Assembly (NCBI GenBank): GCA_964415895.1
Contig: CAYQCC010000004.1
Coordinates: forward strand, 243 to 64,242
Source: an uncultured Candidatus Saccharibacteria bacterium
GTDB lineage: Bacteria; Patescibacteriota; Minisyncoccia; Phycocordibacterales; UBA1006
DNA length: 64,000 nt
Reading direction: 5' to 3'
Numbering within the stretch: position 1 is the stretch's first letter; every line of letters begins with the position of its first letter. The translations under genes were made by a program, and so were the position numbers. Shown piece by piece: positions 61,128 through 64,000 of this stretch. The notes under the pieces were generated by a model. The model was not told the DNA's origin. It saw only the letters and a list, made by a program, of their open reading frames with translations, and ran no database searches.

Positions 61128-62975
61128 TTAGTTAAAATCTTTCTTTAACACCTCCTCGAACTTTTCTACATATTTTTCTATTGCTTCCCTGTCTGGCTCA
61201 ATGCTTTCCTTGTCGATAAAATATTTCTGGTCGATTTTCAGGTCGGATTTACGCTTGCGCAACATGCCAGTGTTATTGTCTGGCACCTGACCCGTTAGTT
61301 TTCCTAGATGGTCATTATGCTCGTCAATATACGAAGCTATTACCCACAGCCATTTGTGCACCTTGTAGGAAAGATCTATCTCGTACACCGTGGACAGTTT
61401 TATGAACAATTCTTCAAATGCCTTTAGCTCCGCATATCCTTTTGCCAGACCAGCGCATTCTCTCAAAAAGATCTGCTCCATGAATTTGCTTTTGAAGATT
61501 AGGACCCTCTCGCCATTCTCCTCAGCTTCAGTGAAAAATACGGAGCTCTCCACGAGACGGCCCAACATTCGGGTGGCCATTCCAAACATGCTGAAGATAT
61601 TAAAATCACCAGCAGTGTTTTTGTCCGCAATAATTAACTCCTGATCCAAATGATCGCCTGCATGATCTGGATCGTCATCGGCGTATACGAGTCCAAGATT
61701 TGCATGATAGGTCTCTACGTTAGTCTTGAAATCGTCTATGAATTTCCAATCGCTCTTAAGAAGGTACAGGCTCTCGCCAGTAATCACCTTATCGCTGAAC
61801 GTTGCAAAAACAACTTTTTCTTCGGATTCGATTTTCTCTAATGATTGCGGATTAAATTCCATTCCCATAGTTTCAAGCGCAAGCTGTCCCTTTTTGAACT
61901 CGCTATCATACAGACGTTTGCTGTAAAGCAGGTCGTCCCTTGATTCGTCTGATGATCGGCCCCGTAGTTTCAATTCACCCTTATCTATCAAATCTTTAAG
62001 CATGGCCATTGCCGTGCTTTTTGAATTAATCCATCGTTCAAAGAGCTCCTTGCTTGTGCTGAAAACAAGAGGTGTATATTGCTCGAACAGATCCTCGTCA
62101 ATCCATTGTAGGCAAGATCCTTTCAATAATTCGCGTATCTCGGCATTGTGTTCCTTTGCGTAACCTTCCATCGCTTTCTGAATCTCATCGTGAGTAGTCT
62201 CATCTTCATTATCAGAGTCCTGATTCTGCGCCAATGATTTCCCTTCAATTGATATGCCGTGGCGAACCAGAAAACGGCGCGCCACTTCTGCCACGGGAAT
62301 GCAGGCAAAATAATGATAGAGCTGATACGATTTCGCAAATTCGTTATAGCTTCGGTCGGCAACCATCTCAGCCAGTGCTTCCTTTGCCTTCTGACTCAGT
62401 TCCCCTTTGCTATCGAGCAGATTTGCGATGACTTCTTCCTGATCCAAATACTGATGATCTAAATCTACTTCGCAATATAGTTCGCGAAGCTGTTCCTTGT
62501 CCTTCTCGCTTAAAAGTTCAAACGCCAACTGGTACACGGCATAATCGAAATCCAGTCCGTTTTTCAATTTAACGGCTTTTTGTTTTTCCGTGATCTGCAC
62601 AGCAGTTCCTATGTCCACCGATTTCGTTTCTTTCAGTCGCTTGATCAGCGTCCGCATTTCATTAAATTCTGGATATGAAAACAAATTGCACATGATGGGA
62701 TGTTTCCTGAGATGCGCGTTTTGCGTATTCAGAAATAGGGTTTGCATGTCGAGTGCTGCATACCCAACTATGTTCCATCCCTCCAAGAAGCGGTTATACT
62801 CCTTAACCTCATGATTATCTTTTGGTCTCCACTTCTCATGGATCGCGTTACGATCTGCATCGGTCAAGATGCCTTCACCCTTTTGTTCCTTTGCCACATC
62901 ATCATGCACCATAAACAAGACCCGTTCCTTGGGCGTTAGTTCATTGGTATTAAAAACTGAATTAAGATGTTTCAT
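61128..62975 (-). CDS. Large hypothetical protein (615 aa)
   Basis: Acidic, helical. No recognised motif. Last gene of a four-gene minus-strand operon. Confidence 0.35.
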   Translation of the reverse strand: MKHLNSVFNTNELTPKERVLFMVHDDVAKEQKGEGILTDADRNAIHEKWRPKDNHEVKEYNRFLEGWNIVGYAALDMQTLFLNTQNAHLRKHPIMCNLFSYPEFNEMRTLIKRLKETKSVDIGTAVQITEKQKAVKLKNGLDFDYAVYQLAFELLSEKDKEQLRELYCEVDLDHQYLDQEEVIANLLDSKGELSQKAKEALAEMVADRSYNEFAKSYQLYHYFACIPVAEVARRFLVRHGISIEGKSLAQNQDSDNEDETTHDEIQKAMEGYAKEHNAEIRELLKGSCLQWIDEDLFEQYTPLVFSTSKELFERWINSKSTAMAMLKDLIDKGELKLRGRSSDESRDDLLYSKRLYDSEFKKGQLALETMGMEFNPQSLEKIESEEKVVFATFSDKVITGESLYLLKSDWKFIDDFKTNVETYHANLGLVYADDDPDHAGDHLDQELIIADKNTAGDFNIFSMFGMATRMLGRLVESSVFFTEAEENGERVLIFKSKFMEQIFLRECAGLAKGYAELKAFEELFIKLSTVYEIDLSYKVHKWLWVIASYIDEHNDHLGKLTGQVPDNNTGMLRKRKSDLKIDQKYFIDKESIEPDREAIEKYVEKFEEVLKKDFN

Positions 62976-63205
62976 TTTATTTTTCTTTGCTTCAATACTT
63001 GTTCGATAAATTCGACCCGTTTCTTAAGCTCGACCGTTTCGATCGTTCTGGACATGGCCACTGCGAGACGAGAGACGACAAGTGCGTATCGGAGCGTAAC
63101 TCTCTTTGCTTCAACATCTCTGAATGTCTGGGAAAGAATGAGCGCAACTTCCTCGGGGCTCATATGGCTCTGTATAGGCAAGTTTTTTGAATCTAGGTAT
63201 TCCAT
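62972..63205 (-). CDS. Hypothetical small protein (77 aa)
   Basis: Overlaps the downstream gene by 4 nt. Confidence 0.3.
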   Translation of the reverse strand: MEYLDSKNLPIQSHMSPEEVALILSQTFRDVEAKRVTLRYALVVSRLAVAMSRTIETVELKKRVEFIEQVLKQRKIK

Positions 63206-63216
63206 ACGATTATTGG

Positions 63217-63591
63217 TTACATGCCTTCCACTAATTCAAGCCATGCTTTCACTTCTGCCGCCTTTCCATTTTTGCTTGCGGTGCGATACAGGGCAAAGAT
63301 AACATTCGGGGTAAGCTTGCGCGCCCATTCATGAATGCGAGAAAGTGTTCCCTCCTTTTCCAGTCGCTTGTTCCAGTCCGTGAGAGTGGCAGGGTCCTTG
63401 ATATCGAACCGTTCCGCAAATTGACGCTGGGTCTTTATCTCAAGCAGGCTGAGCGCTATGTCCTCGTCGACGCCGAATTTCTCGAGAACCTGCCGTGGCT
63501 GTCCGCGCAGAAAAGACGGCAATGCTTTCCACATCGCGTATGATTCGAATTCTTGAGTCTTGTAGACGCTTTGTTTTTTAGAGTCGTTCAT
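63217..63591 (-). CDS. Hypothetical HTH-containing protein (124 aa)
   Basis: IKTQRQFAERFDIKDPATLTDWNKR resembles an HTH. Could be terminase-small-subunit-like or a regulator. Confidence 0.3.
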   Translation of the reverse strand: MNDSKKQSVYKTQEFESYAMWKALPSFLRGQPRQVLEKFGVDEDIALSLLEIKTQRQFAERFDIKDPATLTDWNKRLEKEGTLSRIHEWARKLTPNVIFALYRTASKNGKAAEVKAWLELVEGM

Positions 63592-64000
63592 AATATTTTT
63601 TCAGCTTTCTTTCTGGTAAGTTTTTCGAGACGCGCGATCGCAGTTGCGACGTATTCCGGATCAAGCTCAATACCTATACACCGTCGACCGAGGTGCTCAC
63701 AGGCGATTGCCGTGCTTCCACTTCCAAGGAACGGGTCATAGACATATTCGTTGACCTTGGTTGAATTGGGAATTATTTTTCTCAGCAGTCCGACTGGCTT
63801 TTGGGTCGGATGGAGTTTCGATGACGAAGGCTTCGGGTGGATGATCACGCTTTTTGCCTTGGATCGTTCCATCTTGTGTTTTCCGAACCAACCGTAAGCT
63901 ATGAGCTCAAACATCATCAAGTAATCCTTCCGATTCATCACCACCTGGTTCTTGAACCAGATGATCATCTGGCTGTAATAGAAGCCTGCCTCTTTCATGC
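63588..64000 (-). CDS. DNA methyltransferase (N6/N4 family), C-terminal part; gene continues beyond window
   Basis: SSSKLHPTQKPVGLLRKII...VYDPFLGSGSTAIACEHLGRRCIGIELDPEY. The N-terminus lies outside the window. Confidence 0.75.
   Translation of the reverse strand, partial: MKEAGFYYSQMIIWFKNQVVMNRKDYLMMFELIAYGWFGKHKMERSKAKSVIIHPKPSSSKLHPTQKPVGLLRKIIPNSTKVNEYVYDPFLGSGSTAIACEHLGRRCIGIELDPEYVATAIARLEKLTRKKAEKIL

Noticed and set aside
1-64000. CRISPR arrays and rRNA genes
   Set aside because: No regularly spaced direct repeats and no rRNA-like conserved segments were seen.

Overview
This 64 kb window is low-GC (about 38-40% overall) and reads like a compact, possibly reduced bacterial genome; Patescibacteria/CPR-like is a guess only. 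It has three parts.

(1) A housekeeping core, ~1-29,000 and 40,500-46,450:
- recO-like, folD, an alkyltransferase-like (ATL) protein, and a T-box-regulated ileS that carries an in-frame histidine-phosphatase insertion.
- A minus-strand dNTP/folate operon: CYTH-dcd-thyA-glyA-argS-nrnA, with folA divergent.
- A secE-nusG pair followed by rplK, with a bacterial SET-domain gene upstream.
- rarA, a cell-wall amidase, an ABC-F ATPase, an EVE-domain protein, an orphan OmpR-type response regulator, VKOR, PCD and msrA.
- tRNA-Leu(GAG), rplS, an RluA-type pseudouridine synthase, a ClpP-like protein and tRNA-Arg(TCT).

(2) A very AT-rich integrated element, ~29,340-40,470, bracketed by tRNA-His and tRNA-Pro:
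- a tyrosine integrase, and a large serine recombinase whose 3' end overlaps tRNA-Pro;
- a Rep-like protein with internal iterons;
- OLD/Gabija-like ATPase and Toprim fragments, plus many hypotheticals.

(3) A higher-GC accessory region from ~46,450 to the window end:
- a HEPN-motif giant protein, a second serine recombinase and an IS256-family IS element;
- a second, divergent tRNA-Arg;
- a complete diversity-generating retroelement (DGR): RT, template repeat (TR), and a variable repeat (VR) at the 3' end of a 642-aa target gene;
- a Type III R-M system (mod-res) in a tight operon with a Cas4-like/DEDD dual-nuclease gene;
- a methyltransferase-containing four-gene operon that runs off the window edge.

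No rRNA and no CRISPR array were seen. All calls come from reading the sequence and the six-frame translations; no searches were run.
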